The notes below the pieces were generated by a model that saw only the letters and a program-made list of their open reading frames with translations, searched no databases and had not been told where the DNA came from. DNA of 61,120 bases, the filler included, from Platydemus manokwari (taxonomy: Eukaryota), in NCBI GenBank assembly GCA_037951405.1. It is 6 parts of 6 records of this genome, joined end to end, with 100 filler letters (N's around TTAATTAATTAA, not from the genome) between each part and the next. Parts side by side here need not be neighbours in the genome. Positions count along the whole stretch, not along the records: positions 9,242 to 19,124 come from JBBMOY011192988.1; positions 19,225 to 28,465 come from JBBMOY011278651.1; positions 28,566 to 39,719 come from JBBMOY010868866.1; 3 more parts are not named here. The stretch is one strand, 5' to 3'. Positions 14,646 to 28,662 of this stretch are shown here, in pieces (positions within the stretch are counted from its first letter, which is position 1; every line of letters begins with the position of its first letter). Position numbers and translations under genes: made by a program.

Positions 14646-15059
14646 ATAAGTAAATTAAAACTATGTATGCTATTCTACTTTGCTTGAATCATCAATTATT
14701 ATCGAAGCTCAGTTTCAAATTCGATAAGATAGTTTTACTAGAAGCAAGTTCGAATCTTGACCTCTAGTGTCAGAGTTCTGGGAAAATTGACATTTTTAAT
14801 TGACTATTTTGGATGCTTTTGATTTGATGTGTGAAAGTAGCTAATTTTTTATTTTTATTTGTTTAATCCATTGTAGAAAATATTAATTTCAATGTGTAAT
14901 TCATTTTCTTTTAAAAATATAAGTATAAAACACAAATCGAAATAATCAATAATAGAAATTAAAAGTGAATTAATATTATTGGTCAATAATAATAATAATA
15001 ATCAGTTTAAGGAATAATAATAGTTATTATTTTAAGGATTTTAATATTCCTATTGAATT

Positions 15060-15470
15060 GTGAAAAGTCGTCACAATTAAAGCGGAAATTAAGCTCCCAT
15101 ATTTCATTCAAATCTAATATTTCCCCATTATTCAACAAATCATATATACGGCAGTTAAACACCATATGCCTTCGACTTTAATTGGAAATCACTAGTTTAG
15201 TGCGCTACGTATCAATCACCGAAAAGATAATGTTTGCCTCCAAAATCACCCAATTTCTCCGAAGCCTTGCCATCCAGTATATGCCCTATAGAAATATAGG
15301 AAGAGTATCTAAATATACTAATTGCCGAGGAATTCAAAGTCACTTAAGATTCATTCGTGTAAAATCAATATCAATTTATATACAGTATATTCTCCTTATT
15401 TATCGAGCTGAGCTCGGAAAAAACTCTTGTAAACGCACATACGAAGGGTTTTGTTGGTCCTCGATCTACT
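15060..15470 (-). mobile_element. Ty3/gypsy integrase remnant
   Basis: Degenerate IPRQL..L...GHI (zinc-binding region) followed by DFGGKHYL/SVID (catalytic-core start). Confidence 0.35.
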
Positions 15471-16908
15471 ATCGTTGAATTACACATTGAATTAATCCCA
15501 TAGTTTAAGTGTATAAAAGCATTTAGTTAAAATCATTGTATAACAGTAGTAATTTATATTCATTGTTAATAATTGCATTTAATTGTCGTATAAAAGTAGT
15601 AATTTATATAACTTGCTGTATAACATAGTAATTTATAATTTGTTGTAATTATAATCCATAATAAATAATTGTAGCATAAACATTTAGTTGGTTTTTAATC
15701 TGGCAGTTGGCATAGGATATTATAATTTCATTATACATAAATTTCAGTGTTATAAACCACCGATTTTTGGGAATGGTTTTGTCAATAAAGTTAATAAGCG
15801 AGATTTAAAAGAGTTCGAGATAGTGATAAAGGCAAGAGATAATAATAAAATAATCAAATCGCCGATCCGCTTATCTTCATACAAGTCGAGATCATCGAGG
15901 TGAAGTAACATAAGAATACATAGGTCAAATAATTACCTGAGGGTCAAGATGAACTTAGAGCACTGATAAAGACGTAGATTTCGATCAAGTGAAAAGAATA
16001 ATAATTAAAGAAACAAAGAGTGATCCCAAGAAGTTGCACTAGCCTAGTAGCAATAACACTTAACAATATATTGCTTGTTAGAATTTTTGGATTTTATCCG
16101 AAGTTATTGGTAATTTTAATCAAAATCCAGGATTTTGGACTACGTGATTTATTACTGGCTAATTTGTTTTCCATAACAGTAAAAAATGGAAGCTATTCGT
16201 TAAAACCTCTTTAGTCTTTTTATGTCTATATGACCTATGGATAGTCATTATAGAATTGTTAATGACAGATACGAAATCTTCGAAAAGATGATTATTATTT
16301 TATTATTATTTTTAACTCTGATCATTCAGGTCTTTCAATGACAACACAGAACTAACAACAATCACGGGTGCGAACCAAATATAATCAATAATAACTAAGG
16401 AAAAAGTCAATATTACAACAAACATTATTATATTGCAAAAAAATATTGGTACCTCTAAAAAAAGGAAGTCGATTAATAACAACTTTACAATTAAATATTG
16501 AAAACTTCCTGGCGAAGGAAGAACTGAATGATTATAAATTAAAGTAATAAAATCGAAAGTATGGCTCAAAATTTGAAACAATCACAAAGAACAAGATTTA
16601 ATCATCCAGACTAAATTTCTTGAGATGCCACCTAATCAAAAAAAGTCCAAAACAAATCAATAAGCAAACCAAAATTTATATCATGAATAAATTAAATCAT
16701 TGAAAAAGATCAAAATAACGGATTTTATTTCGATGGATTTCCAGTCATGAATTTCAAGTATCAGCTGGAACACAGGTAAGCTACCATACACGAACAGATA
16801 ATGATTGTTCCAATAATTTCTTCGATTGGTTTTGTTTTCACCTGAACTATTCACCCCAAATTGAAACACGTTTGTTCCGTTCACATGACGCCAAAACATT
16901 AGCATTCG

Positions 16909-17103
16909 GACTCCAATGGACACAAACGATTGCAGATCTAGATAGGCAAAGAATCAGAATTAATTTTATCACATCCTGCTCTTCAGTAATAATTATCTGG
17001 ACTATCAATCTCTATAGTGTCCCAGTTATATATTTTAGAGGAAGAGATTAATAATATTGATGAATAATGGTTTCAAATATTCAAAGGGGAAATAATTATT
17101 TTT
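16909..17103. repeat. Dispersed repeat, copy B (homologous to 14469-14645)
   Basis: Direct-orientation alignment to copy A with a short insertion. Confidence 0.9.
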
Positions 17104-17769
17104 AAAGAGAAAACATTATAAAATCAATAGTAGAAAATCTTTAATTATTCATACAAATAAATCTCTAGATAAAGGCTTAACCCAACATATTTGTTAATCT
17201 CAAATAAAAAAATATCATAATTAAAACATAAGGCTCTTCGAATTGTAAAATAATCTTGCTGAGCTCTTTCGCGGTTTAAAAAAAGTCAATATCTTTAGAA
17301 TCTATGAAATCATAAATGAAATATATTATGCCTCTGTGTAACTTGTAAGATTTATAAGAATCTATTGATTGAATAATTGACAATTCCTATTAAATTATCC
17401 ATTAATAGAGACCAATTTTATTGACTTTTCCACTCTATCTATCAGACAAGTTATTGAACCTACCGTTATTCACTAACTGATGGATTCGATCACATAATAT
17501 CTATTCTCCGACATTTATTATCTCTTACTATGAGAATTTGTAATTGAATTCAAATTCCATATTATCAAATCCATCATATAACGCAAGCATTTTTTCATGA
17601 GGAAAACAGATGGAAATATATAAGAAGCTATTATTGATTAATTTTCGATGAAAAATATTATTTACCACATTTCGGTCGAAATCGAGTTAACAATAATAAT
17701 AAACTTATATATTATTATATTTCATATTATATTCAATCATCAAGGGTCTTTCACAGATTAATTTAATCG

Positions 17770-18030
17770 TTTTGTTGGCCTTTAAATCAGTCACGAATTA
17801 TATGTTTGAAGACGACTAATTATGAAAGAAATATCTATGCTGGGAAATGCTTTCCGCTTCAAATAGGCTATTAATAAATTTGAAAAGTTCAACGAATTCT
17901 CTAGATGCTGGTTTGGACCAGTTATCCGAGAACCACAGAACTATTACAGATTAATAAAAATTTATGTTTTTCGCAACAGAATGATATCGTGGTAAACATT
18001 ATAATGATGCTAGAAGCTATTGTGTACAAA
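17770..18030 (+). mobile_element. Possible RTE-like LINE remnant
   Basis: RCWFGPVIREP resembles the RTE LRWFGHV.R motif. Confidence 0.3.
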
Positions 18031-19124
18031 GATGCAAGAACGAACACACGAGTTCACAGATATTCCTGATTAGAATACAAGTGATACAAATGATTCAAAC
18101 CCATCCAATGGTCACTGAACGACTTACCAATAAGACAATTTCAACATCAATATGTTATGATTTTTTATGATTTTGAAAATGTGCCGTTATAAAATTTTAT
18201 TTTTATAAATAATAAACCAGTTCAAATCAATATTGATATACAGGATCTTTGGTAATTGTGTGATAAAAACAGAGAAAAATACATTGTTTTGTATAGTGTG
18301 ATTAATTGCATTAGAAAATACGGTACTCAAATCGAACATTAACCCAAAAATGTCATTATTTATCTCAATTTATTTTTTCAAATCTAAACAACATTAACAA
18401 TCACATTAAAGAAGACAAACTAAATAAATACTGATCATATATTGAAAACAATGACTTCAAATATACATATGTGTATGAAGCCGACAGTTATCTTATAAAA
18501 ATTAATTGATTTGATTTTCAATCTAAATTCTGCCAATATTGAATTGAGAAGCATGAAATTAAAAATATCAAGGCGAAATAATAATTATACTACTCTGATA
18601 ATTCATAAATAACAGACTAATTAATTAGACAATCAATGATTATTGATTTTTTTTAAAATACATTTTGGTACTTATTAATATAAAAATTATGATTGACAAT
18701 TTTATTGCAAAAATAATGGAAATTTACATTTGATTAATATTTTGAATATTTGTAATGAACACAATCGGAATTTAACCTACGTAAGTTCAGGAGAAATAAA
18801 TATATGAGTTGACGTTGAGGTCACGAAATTATGAATTCATATTAGTCACTGTAGCCACACACATCATTTATTTATTATTTTGCAATTTATTTTTATGATT
18901 TTGTGTCCAATGAAAATGGTTAATTTTTCAGAAATAAATAATACTCGAAATATTTTTTGCCTAATTAATGTTATCGAGTTATATGGTTATAACATAAATA
19001 ATTATAATTGTGAGGAAAATTAAAATTTACATAAATTTAAAAGGAACAAATGTAATTAATTTTAAAAATGGATTATTTAAAAATTTAATAGGACATAATT
19101 TTTGAATAATTTAAATAAATAAAT

Positions 19125-19224
19125 NNNNNNNNNNNNNNNNNNNNNNNNNNNNNNNNNNNNNNNNNNNNTTAATTAATTAANNNNNNNNNNNNNNNNNNNN
19201 NNNNNNNNNNNNNNNNNNNNNNNN
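19125..19224. other. Artificial contig spacer
   Basis: 44N-TTAATTAATTAA-44N. Confidence 0.97.
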
Positions 19225-19329
19225 TGGTTTTTGATTGTTAGAGTTCAATTTTGGTTATAAATCTAAAATTGAATTTTATGTAAAAATTTCATTAAAATAT
19301 TGTTACAAATAAATTTTAATATAAAAAAC

Positions 19330-20040
19330 TCACGAAAAATCATTACTTTAAAATTGGGTCAAAGGACCCTTTTTCTTAACTTAAGCCAATATTTCAAACA
19401 ATAAATTAGTGCAAAGTTAAATTTTTCAGCCATATAAACATCTTTTTTAAATTCGTTTAAACGCATCAAAATAAGAAATTGTTTCACCAACATCACATTT
19501 ATAAAAAATTCAACTAAAATCTAATAATAAAATTACACCTTGTCTAAAAGTAGAATAATAACAAACGTTACTATAAATAACAATTTTATATAAAAATAGT
19601 GCTAACAACAAAATAATTGAAGGTTGCAAACTGTATTTTCGTTACCACGTACTGATCAATACGATACAAGAGCCTCGACAAACATCTCAAAATTACAAAC
19701 AAAAACTTGGCTTCCAACTGGCAGCTGGACATTTTGATATCGGTATTTATACTTGAGATTTGTGTGCAATTTTTGTATCACATTTTGATTTGATCTTTAA
19801 TCTCTTAAGTCTCTATTGGACTTGTTGGTTTTTGTGTACACTGGATTGGTCAATACTTATGTGGATACGTCCCTTTTTCGAATTATCATTTTCCTTATAA
19901 GTTAGGCGTGATTGGTTGATTAACCATGCCTGTATGGTTATGTATGCATGTAAATGCTCAAAGTGGTAAAATAAGGGTTACAGTGTGTAAAATCTTTTTT
20001 TTGCAAGATTTCGTTTCTACTCAACAATAGTTATTAATTC
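19330..20040 (-). mobile_element. Repeat family copy 1, probable Penelope-like 3' end (homologous to 49170-50330)
   Basis: Colinear shared blocks with the 49-50 kb copy: AAAGGACCC.TTTTCTTAACTTAA, CGTACTGATCA, TGTATCACATTTTGATTTGATCTTT. Weak GIY-YIG-like translation on the minus strand. Confidence 0.5.
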
Positions 20041-23000
20041 ATCTGAAACACATAAAGTAATAATATAAGATACTAAGCCTGGAATGTTACTATAAATGAA
20101 GGCATGGCTCATGAAATACCTACTCATAGAATAAATTGAAATAGGATTTTTTTGCTTTTTTTTTTAACTTTTCCTATCCATTCTTTAATTCACTCCACTG
20201 TTTCCAAGTTTTGTGGGCCTTTTTCTTCCGACCGCTTTCGGCTTCTGTCAAGCCGTTTTTCTAATAAATGTTTTATATATCGAAAATTCTGTTACGGCAT
20301 TCCGCTTCCATTTTTAGTATGGCTTTACTGTCGTCTGTATTTGTTCGACTTCTTCGGTTTAGATGTCAGAATAAAGCACTAATTTGCCCATTTCCATTTC
20401 TTCATTATTATTGGAGGGAGTTTGGGATTTTTTTAGTTATATAAAAACTTCTATCTTAAATATTTACTATCAAATGTAAATAAATTTTATCTGCAACATT
20501 TCAGTTCTCATTATCTCTAAAAGTATTTTTTTTATTGATTTTAATATGAAGAGCGCTCACAGATGACTTCCAATAAAACCGGTGATAAAATGAAACTTGG
20601 ATTATTTTCTTAAATGTACTTGGCTGAGAAATATCGTCTTCCTCTTGTAGTGTTTCTCTAAATGACTGGTCGCTGCTACTCTTTGTCTGGCCTTATATAC
20701 TGCCATTGAGCCAAGAGACATATTCTTCCGGATTAATCATTTATTCATAGGCAATTTTGAAAATAATAAGAAATTGTTTTTTCTTTCCCTAGCAGGATCC
20801 GTTATTTTTTATTCTTTTTTTATTTTATCAGGGGTGAATTTCTGTTTTGCCTAGGATTAATTCACTAGGATTATAGATCTGCTAAAGAATGATTTTAATG
20901 GAGTCATAAATGTCTTGAGAGTATTTTCACAAGAACCGTGATAATGGTTATTGCTAAAGGCAGTGAGATGTAAAGTCTCCGAACCCACAAGGGAGACTAA
21001 TTTTAATGTATTTACGTTGATTAATTTAGAGGCTTTAGTTGGATAGGTTCCAAGCTAAAGTTGACTAGAGGTATGGTATGGTAAATTACTAGTTAAAAAT
21101 TATTAACTTTAATTTCGAAATTCAATTTCCTGGAATAAAATCAATAAAGAAAATACCTGGGACGATGTGTTAAGAACAATTATTGATATCTTTATATAAT
21201 CGACTTAATTCTCTTTCTTTCTTTTCTGTCTAATTAATTCCTTTATATTAAATTGCACGTATGAATTAGTTTCTTAGATTCTTATACTTAGTGCATTATT
21301 GACTTGTCGAGTTGGCAAAAGTGTAAACCTTAATTGAACGAGGGATTTCTTATGAGTAAATAACGAGAACTTTTTTGTACAATTTTTATGTCGTTTTATA
21401 TTTATTCTTTTTTGCTTTCTTTTTCGCCATTATTGTTTTTTATTTTATTTTAGCTTTTTTATTTGTTCTTAATTCTTAACTATTTTATATGTGATTATTT
21501 ATTATTCATATTTATACTTTTTTTCCTTCTATTTATAATTTAATTAACATTTAAATTATATTTTCAGATATTAATGATTGGTATGAGTTATTTATAAAAA
21601 AATTAATTTGTTATTATGTGATTTGGCTTGGTACTCAAAAATATTAATAATATTTAAAAAGTTGATCAAGATTTAAAATATAATAGAAAAGTACTATATG
21701 GCAATTAGGCAATACAAATCAATAAATTATGATAAATTATAAAAATTTATCACAAAATTTTAAAATAGTCAAGACAATTAATTTACTAGAGTTTCTTATA
21801 GTTCTTTTAATTAAAAAATTCATGTTCCTTTCTAACTACCAGGAAACACTCTTATAAAAAGAAAGAGATGGGAGATAATAGGATAAACTGTCCTGGATAA
21901 ATTTAATCAGAATTGATGACAATGGAAATACCAGAGCATATATATAAATAATAAATTTTACTTGATTGTATAATTCTTCTTCGTAATATGCATTATCTCG
22001 TTTAATGTTACCTAGAAATAATAGTTTAAAATTCAGAATAAATAAATTCGACTCGGAAAATGTGCTGTAAAATTTTCACACGTTTTTGCAATTAATTTAC
22101 TGATTGCCGTTAAATTTTTCATCCTTTCTGAAATTGCAGGAATTAACATTTTTAACCTTGTTTCCATTTCTAATAACACCTTGCTTTTTTTAGTAGTAAT
22201 TGTTACCATTTTTGTCTTTATGTTTATTTTAGGTAATAAGTATTATTATAGATATATTTCTTTGTGAAAAATGTACCATTTTTGTTCATTGGAATTATAT
22301 CTGCGTTTTTTAATCAATATTATGTTGTATCATTGATTATTTATCAGTGATATTTATATTTTAGATTAAGTACAGTGACCTCCAAAATTGTAATGAATTA
22401 ATGTGCACATGGCCATTGTGTTACTGTAAGTTGTAATACAAATGGGTAACTTATACCTCTTAGTCAGTGACGAAATATAAATATTTTCTAGGACTTCTAG
22501 TCTACATCTGCTATCTAGTGACTGACTTGGCCATAAATCTTTTAGTTTACTGATTTAGCTATGTGAGAACAATGGTAGGAAACAAAAGTAAGAAAAGTAA
22601 AGTGTTCGAAGGATATAATGTTTCTTCCTGAGTAAAGATCAACCGACAATTTTGTTGATAGGAGTTCATTGCTATTCTATGAGTTAGATCGTAGTTTTTT
22701 CTGAGAAAAGTTTCCCGATCTACCATAAGAAAATAGTTCTCGAATGATATCTGAAAAAACATTGAATAATTTTTTAAGCCAGGCTTTATAAAAATCAACA
22801 TTGAATTCTAATACAAATGTACAAATATACTAATCAATTAAAATACGCATTCACAATTCACACACCAATCTTAACTGATTTTCTGTTGTCATTTATGATT
22901 TAATATTATGTATAATATTAACGATTTTTAAGTATTTGAATTTTTTGATCATAAAAGCGGACAATGGTGTTTAATAATTAAAAATTGATATACCAGATGA

Positions 23001-23346
23001 TAAAAGAATCGTAGATTCAATAACTTAATTAATAAAGATGCATTAATATCACGTTACATTCAATAATTGGTTAAGGTTACATAACAAAAATTTCTAGTTA
23101 AAAGTAAAAATTCTGGAGACATTTGACTTTACAATTTTTAACAAATTAAAATTTTAATAATAATAATTATTATTATTAATTTTTTACTGTTTTTCAAATT
23201 TTTATCTCGCATTTTAGTTCGTTATTTGAAAACTTATTAATTTGATTAATTTTAACCCACAAAATAAATAAAGATTTCATGATTGAGTTTAATTTTTCCA
23301 ACTTGTAGCGAAGGTTTTGTTTAAATAATATGTACACACTTCAAAA

Positions 23347-26300
23347 ATGTTTAGGCGTAAAAAAAATGATTCTAAAGCAAATCGCAATAATATATACGAA
23401 AGATATTTAAGTGAAATTGAATTAGAAAAGGGTTTGGAAGACAGATTTATTAAAGTGAGGTTTAATTTGTGATTAATAGGATTAAACGTGTTTAGGGATC
23501 TTTAAGACTTAATCCAAGAAATTATAAAGAGGGATATGTTACTCACAAAGTAAACTTATTTGAATGTTAGTTAAATAAATATTCCTGAATTTAGAAATCT
23601 GATATTTTTATTTTCGATAAAGAAATTAACAGAGCTCTATTTGATGATATTGTTGCAATTGAGCTTCATAACAAATACGATTGGAAAGTAGGTTGCAGTA
23701 CATAATTAATCTTTCTTATTTAGATTTCAGGTATTAAATGAAGCTTTAGAATTAGTTAATTTAGAAGGAGATTTTGATAATAGTTCCTATATTTCTATTT
23801 CGGATTTGTTGAATAATTTTCCCAATTTTTTTGAAGAGGTTCACATGAATTTATCATAAAATCTTATTTTTTTTAACAACTTTAGAAATTGCAATGGAGT
23901 GTTAAAAATGAGGATTTGGAAAACAATGATGATTTCCAATCACAATGTGATAATTGGTGGAAATATTTCCAACGCACCGGGAAGGTTGTGGGAATTTTAC
24001 GCAAGATGAACAACAGGCATTGTGTTGGGACTTTGTCGTTACCTGAAAGTGTTGACAATGTGAAATCGTTAAAATTTATAAAATTCAGTCCAATCGACAA
24101 TCGTTTTCCACGGCTCGCTATACCAGTCGATACTTGTCCAACCGGTGATATTTCAATAATAATTGTTGGGTTTTGGTAATTATTTCATTGATTTTTAGAT
24201 TTTCTCAAGAGACCATTCGATTATAAAGATTCGCGATTTATTGCAAAGGTCGGTGAATGGAAAGAAACCGATGTCCACCCACAAGGGTAACAATAGTCGA
24301 TTTTATAATTTCCGCTTTTAATTAATTTATTAATTTAATTATCTTAATTAAATTTGTATTATTAATTATTTAAATAGTGAAATAAGCCAATGCCTTAAAG
24401 ATATGAGCGTAATTGAGCAGGAAACCCTGAAGATTCTCGTCGAGGCTGGTTTTACTGATGAGGAATTCGATGAACAAGTGATGAATTCCATTCCGAAATT
24501 TGTTTTGACCGATGATGATATCAAATATCGGCGAGATATTCGCGGCGAATGCGTTATTTCTATTGATCCGAAAACTGCTCGCGATCTAGATGATGCATTG
24601 CATATCAAACGATTGTCGGAATCATCATCAGATGGAAAGACTCTATGGGAGGTGAATTTGATTGTTAAATTGCAATGATAATGAACTGAGAAATATGTCG
24701 ACGACAGGTTGGTATTCATATCGCTGACGTCACGTATTACGTCACGCCCGACTCACCAATCGATCAAGAAGCCGCTAAACGAACGACAACGGTTTATATG
24801 GTCCATAAAGCTATACCGATGCTGCCTCGGGAATTGTGTGAGAATCTATGTAGCTTGAATCCAGGAACGGATAAATTATCGTATTCGGTTATTTATAAAA
24901 TGACAGATGAATGTGAAATTGTGGACACATGGATTGGCCGAACAATCATTCGAACAGCTTGTAAATTGAGTTATGAAGTAGCCCAGGTAATGTGTTTGGT
25001 TAAAAAATGACAATTTGAGACGATTTGGTATATTTCTAGACGGTTTTAGACAATCCACACAAACCCATCTGGAATGAGACTGATTTTGGAACGATTTATT
25101 CGCCATTTACCGCTTCTGATGTGGCGTCATCGATCTTGGAATTGAATCATGTAAGATGATCTATTTTAATATTTATTGAGATAATAATTATTATTTATAT
25201 TTTCCCATTGATAATCGATATAAATTGCCATTGAGATGGTCCAATATTTGGAGGGGCATTCTAGGTTGAATTCCATAAATAAACAAAATCAAAAATAATT
25301 TGATAATTTTTCATTTGTGACGTTTTTGCTTTGACAGATCAAAGTCCATTTTTGCATAAATTTATCCACTAGTGATATTTTAACAATTACAAATCTGTTT
25401 TGGCTTTTCATTTTGAAGAAAATTGCAACTAATATATTTGAAATGAATAAAGATTTTGTAAATAGAAAATTTATCGATTGATGAAAATTATTATTTTTCA
25501 AAGTAGCTCGAGTGCTATTTGAGAGCTTCAAGTCGATGCGGGCTATGCAATATATTATACAGATATTTATTCATAATCATTGCTTTTCCAGATACTCATA
25601 CATTGAAATATGGGATGTACATGGTTCTTTCCTTCGATCGTTCCATAAATCACAGTTGGCTAGTTCAATCATACAATCATTTCTGTCTCCACCATCTCCT
25701 ATTTTTAAATCTGTCTATCTTGCTCTCTCCCTCCATTGCAGATAGCTCGCATTTATATTCGACTTTATACAAGCAAAAGCTATTTTATTTATCATTTTCT
25801 TATTTATCCATAATTTCTTTAAGACTGTGTTTGCCATTAGATGTTTGTATTAGATAAAAGCATTATGGTTTATTATTTAACTATTATTGTTCGACTGGCC
25901 TGGATTATGATTTATTTTTTAATGATAATAATTTGATTATATATAATTTGAATATATAATATATTAATATAGCCAAAAACTAAACAAAGTTGTCAATGTG
26001 TTGAAAATCGATAGTGATAATGATAACATTAATACATAACCTATTTTTCTAAAGCTCATTCTTATTTCAAAGAATTGGAAAAGTTATTTCGTTAATTTTG
26101 AAAGTGGATTAAAGTAGTGGTTAACAGCATTATTTAAATAAAAATAATGTTTATCGTCCTGATTGGGTAGATAAATTACACATGACCAGAAGACAAAATA
26201 TTCTATTATTATGTAGCTATTGATCAATATTTATAAATTTATTAAAGCGCCAATCCTTAAATATGTCGAAATTGAAATAAATCACTTGCAAAATAAATGA

Positions 26301-28287
26301 GTCTTATGTTATTTTCAATATATGACTCATTGTTATCTATAAATTATACTTATAAATGAGAGATTTGTGTGATAAGCGAATAACTGTCATATAATGCCGC
26401 AAATCAATGGCACGTAATTAAAAAATTTATCAACTCATGAGGATATATTATCGAAAGTACAATTGTCTATTTTTATTTAGTATTATTTTAATATTATTTT
26501 TTCGTTTCTCGTAAAATTTTTACTTTTTTTGTTTACCTAAAATAAAAATACAATATAGATAAAAATGACACACAAACATGAAAGATATATTTATATTCTA
26601 TGAAATCTATTTTCCCAAATCGAATTTACTCTTTCCAGTTATTGATTTCTAAAAATTATTACAGAGAAATGAAGATATTCTGGTTGGAATACTTTTCTGC
26701 TTAAATAGTGGATAAACAATAAATAGGATAAAGCATTTTTAATATTTTTTCAGAGTTTCAAAGTAAAAACTTATTTATGCTTTCCACGGGGAAACGGAAT
26801 TTTACAATAAATTACTTTTCTCTTTCACTTATAAACAAATTGAATACATAAAAATATTCATTTGTAAAAATATGGCTTAATCTGTTAATCACAAACTATG
26901 TAGGATTTGTTTTAATGAAGCGAGATGTATTTTCCTTGATTAGTTATTTGCCGTTTTCACAGGAATCGATCATCAGAAATTATCATAATTGTTTTTTATA
27001 ATTTTTAGACGTGTTACTAACAAATACAAAATTCGAAATCTTACAACGAGTTACGTTGCTAAAAGAATATTTTTTTTATTTATTTCTTTATTCGTTCCCA
27101 GAATTAATCATCTTATCAATGATCTCATGTAGTGAAGCTCTAATAATACTTCTTCAAGTTAAGGTTTAAAAAATTCTCATGAATTTGATCCCAAGAATTA
27201 ATCATCTTATCAATGATTCCATGTAGTGAAGCCTTAACAGTACTTCTTCACGTTAAGCTTTAGAAAATTCCCATGTTAGCATACGACTCTGTGCAACTTA
27301 TCTAATTACGATGTACTAGTATGAAATAAAGAATGTTTTATAATTATAAATTGTAGTGTGTATAATTTATTTATAATAACGAAACTTTGTAGTTATTTAA
27401 ATTTACTATTTCATAGCTCGCAGTTCAAATGAGATCCAACAGATTTGAACGAGGTGCTCTCGCCATAAATCAGCCTAAACTAGGATTTATTCTAAATAAT
27501 GATCACAACTGTCCATTGGGATTCAATATTTATAAACTAGGAGGTAGCAATCATTTGATTGAAGAGTGGATGTTGCGTGCCAATGAGAGCGTAGCGGAAT
27601 TTTTGCATACACATTTGCCCAAAACAGCTTTTCTTAGAAATCACCCACCACCGGTGCCTCAAAGCATTAACGCATTAAATAAACAGTTGGCTCAAATAGG
27701 CTGGAAACATTTATCTGTCGATAACGGATCGACACTAACATTTCAAGTAATATATATCTATTTATATTGTGAATCATGACGGGATATGATTGGGAATACA
27801 CGCATATTCAGGAATTATTGCAATATTTTCCATCCGATGATACTGGTTATGCAATCATGATGAATATCTGTAGCAAAACAATGCAATTAGCACAATATTT
27901 CTGTCACAATGGCGATGCTGATAGTTTTGATGGATGTCATCATTTTGCATTGAATGTTCCACTCTATACTCATTTTACATCACCAATCCGACGTTATCCA
28001 GACATGATTGTTCATCGCCAACTGACTAGCATTTTAATGGAAATGGAACGCAAAAATAATAAAGGTCCCTCATCAATATTGGGCTTGAGTGTTTATTGAG
28101 ATGTTTTCTTTGTCATTTAGGTGATGATTTAGATGGTAAGCTTGACTGGATGGGTTCGACTGCTCAATCAAGTAATTGTTCGGTACACAATTTGGATAGG
28201 ATCGCTGAATATTGCAACAAGAAGAGGAAAGATGCCAAATCGGCTGATGATAATAGCATCAATTTATTCTATTCTCTATTCGTTGAG
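23347..28287 (+). CDS. DIS3L2: DIS3-like exonuclease 2 (RNase II/R family); final S1-domain exon(s) missing at the contig end
   Basis: Phase-consistent exons: 23347-23454, 23496-23549, 23595-23687, 23731-23838, 23886-24144, 24199-24286, 24378-24651, 24708-24986, 25040-25150, 27417-27746, 27812-28064, 28121-28287. No PIN domain. Motifs: [23 protein letters not shown], catalytic [61 protein letters not shown]. Confidence 0.93.
27097..27275. repeat. 93-bp tandem duplication (2 copies) in the long DIS3L2 intron
   Basis: AGAATTAATCATCTTATCAATGAT..CATGTAGTGAAGC...TACTTCTTCA.GTTAAG occurs in units starting at 27097 and 27190. Confidence 0.9.
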
Positions 28288-28465
28288 GTAGAATATTATA
28301 AAAATATTAATATTGATTAATATATTATTAATAATGTGCATAATACTAATTTATAATATTCACAATAATAATCAATATATCTTTAAACTAAAGATGAAGC
28401 TTTATTTCTTATCAAATATCTGTATGGATAAAAATGATTCTGTAAAACATAATCTTTATATTATC

Positions 28466-28565
28466 NNNNNNNNNNNNNNNNNNNNNNNNNNNNNNNNNNN
28501 NNNNNNNNNTTAATTAATTAANNNNNNNNNNNNNNNNNNNNNNNNNNNNNNNNNNNNNNNNNNNN
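28466..28565. other. Artificial contig spacer
   Basis: 44N-TTAATTAATTAA-44N. Confidence 0.97.
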
Positions 28566-28662
28566 TAAAAATTATAATAATTATAAAAATTATAATAATT
28601 ATAAAAATTATAATAATTATAAAAATTATAATAATTATAAAAATTATAAAAAATATAAAAAT
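28566..28662. repeat. 18-bp minisatellite (TAAAAATTATAATAATTA)n
   Basis: Four perfect copies plus a degenerate tail at the contig start. Confidence 0.9.

Noticed and set aside
14740-14765. tRNA gene (B-box GTTCGAATC; similar motifs near 30765 and 60870)
   Set aside because: No cloverleaf or A-box could be built; at most a decayed SINE head.
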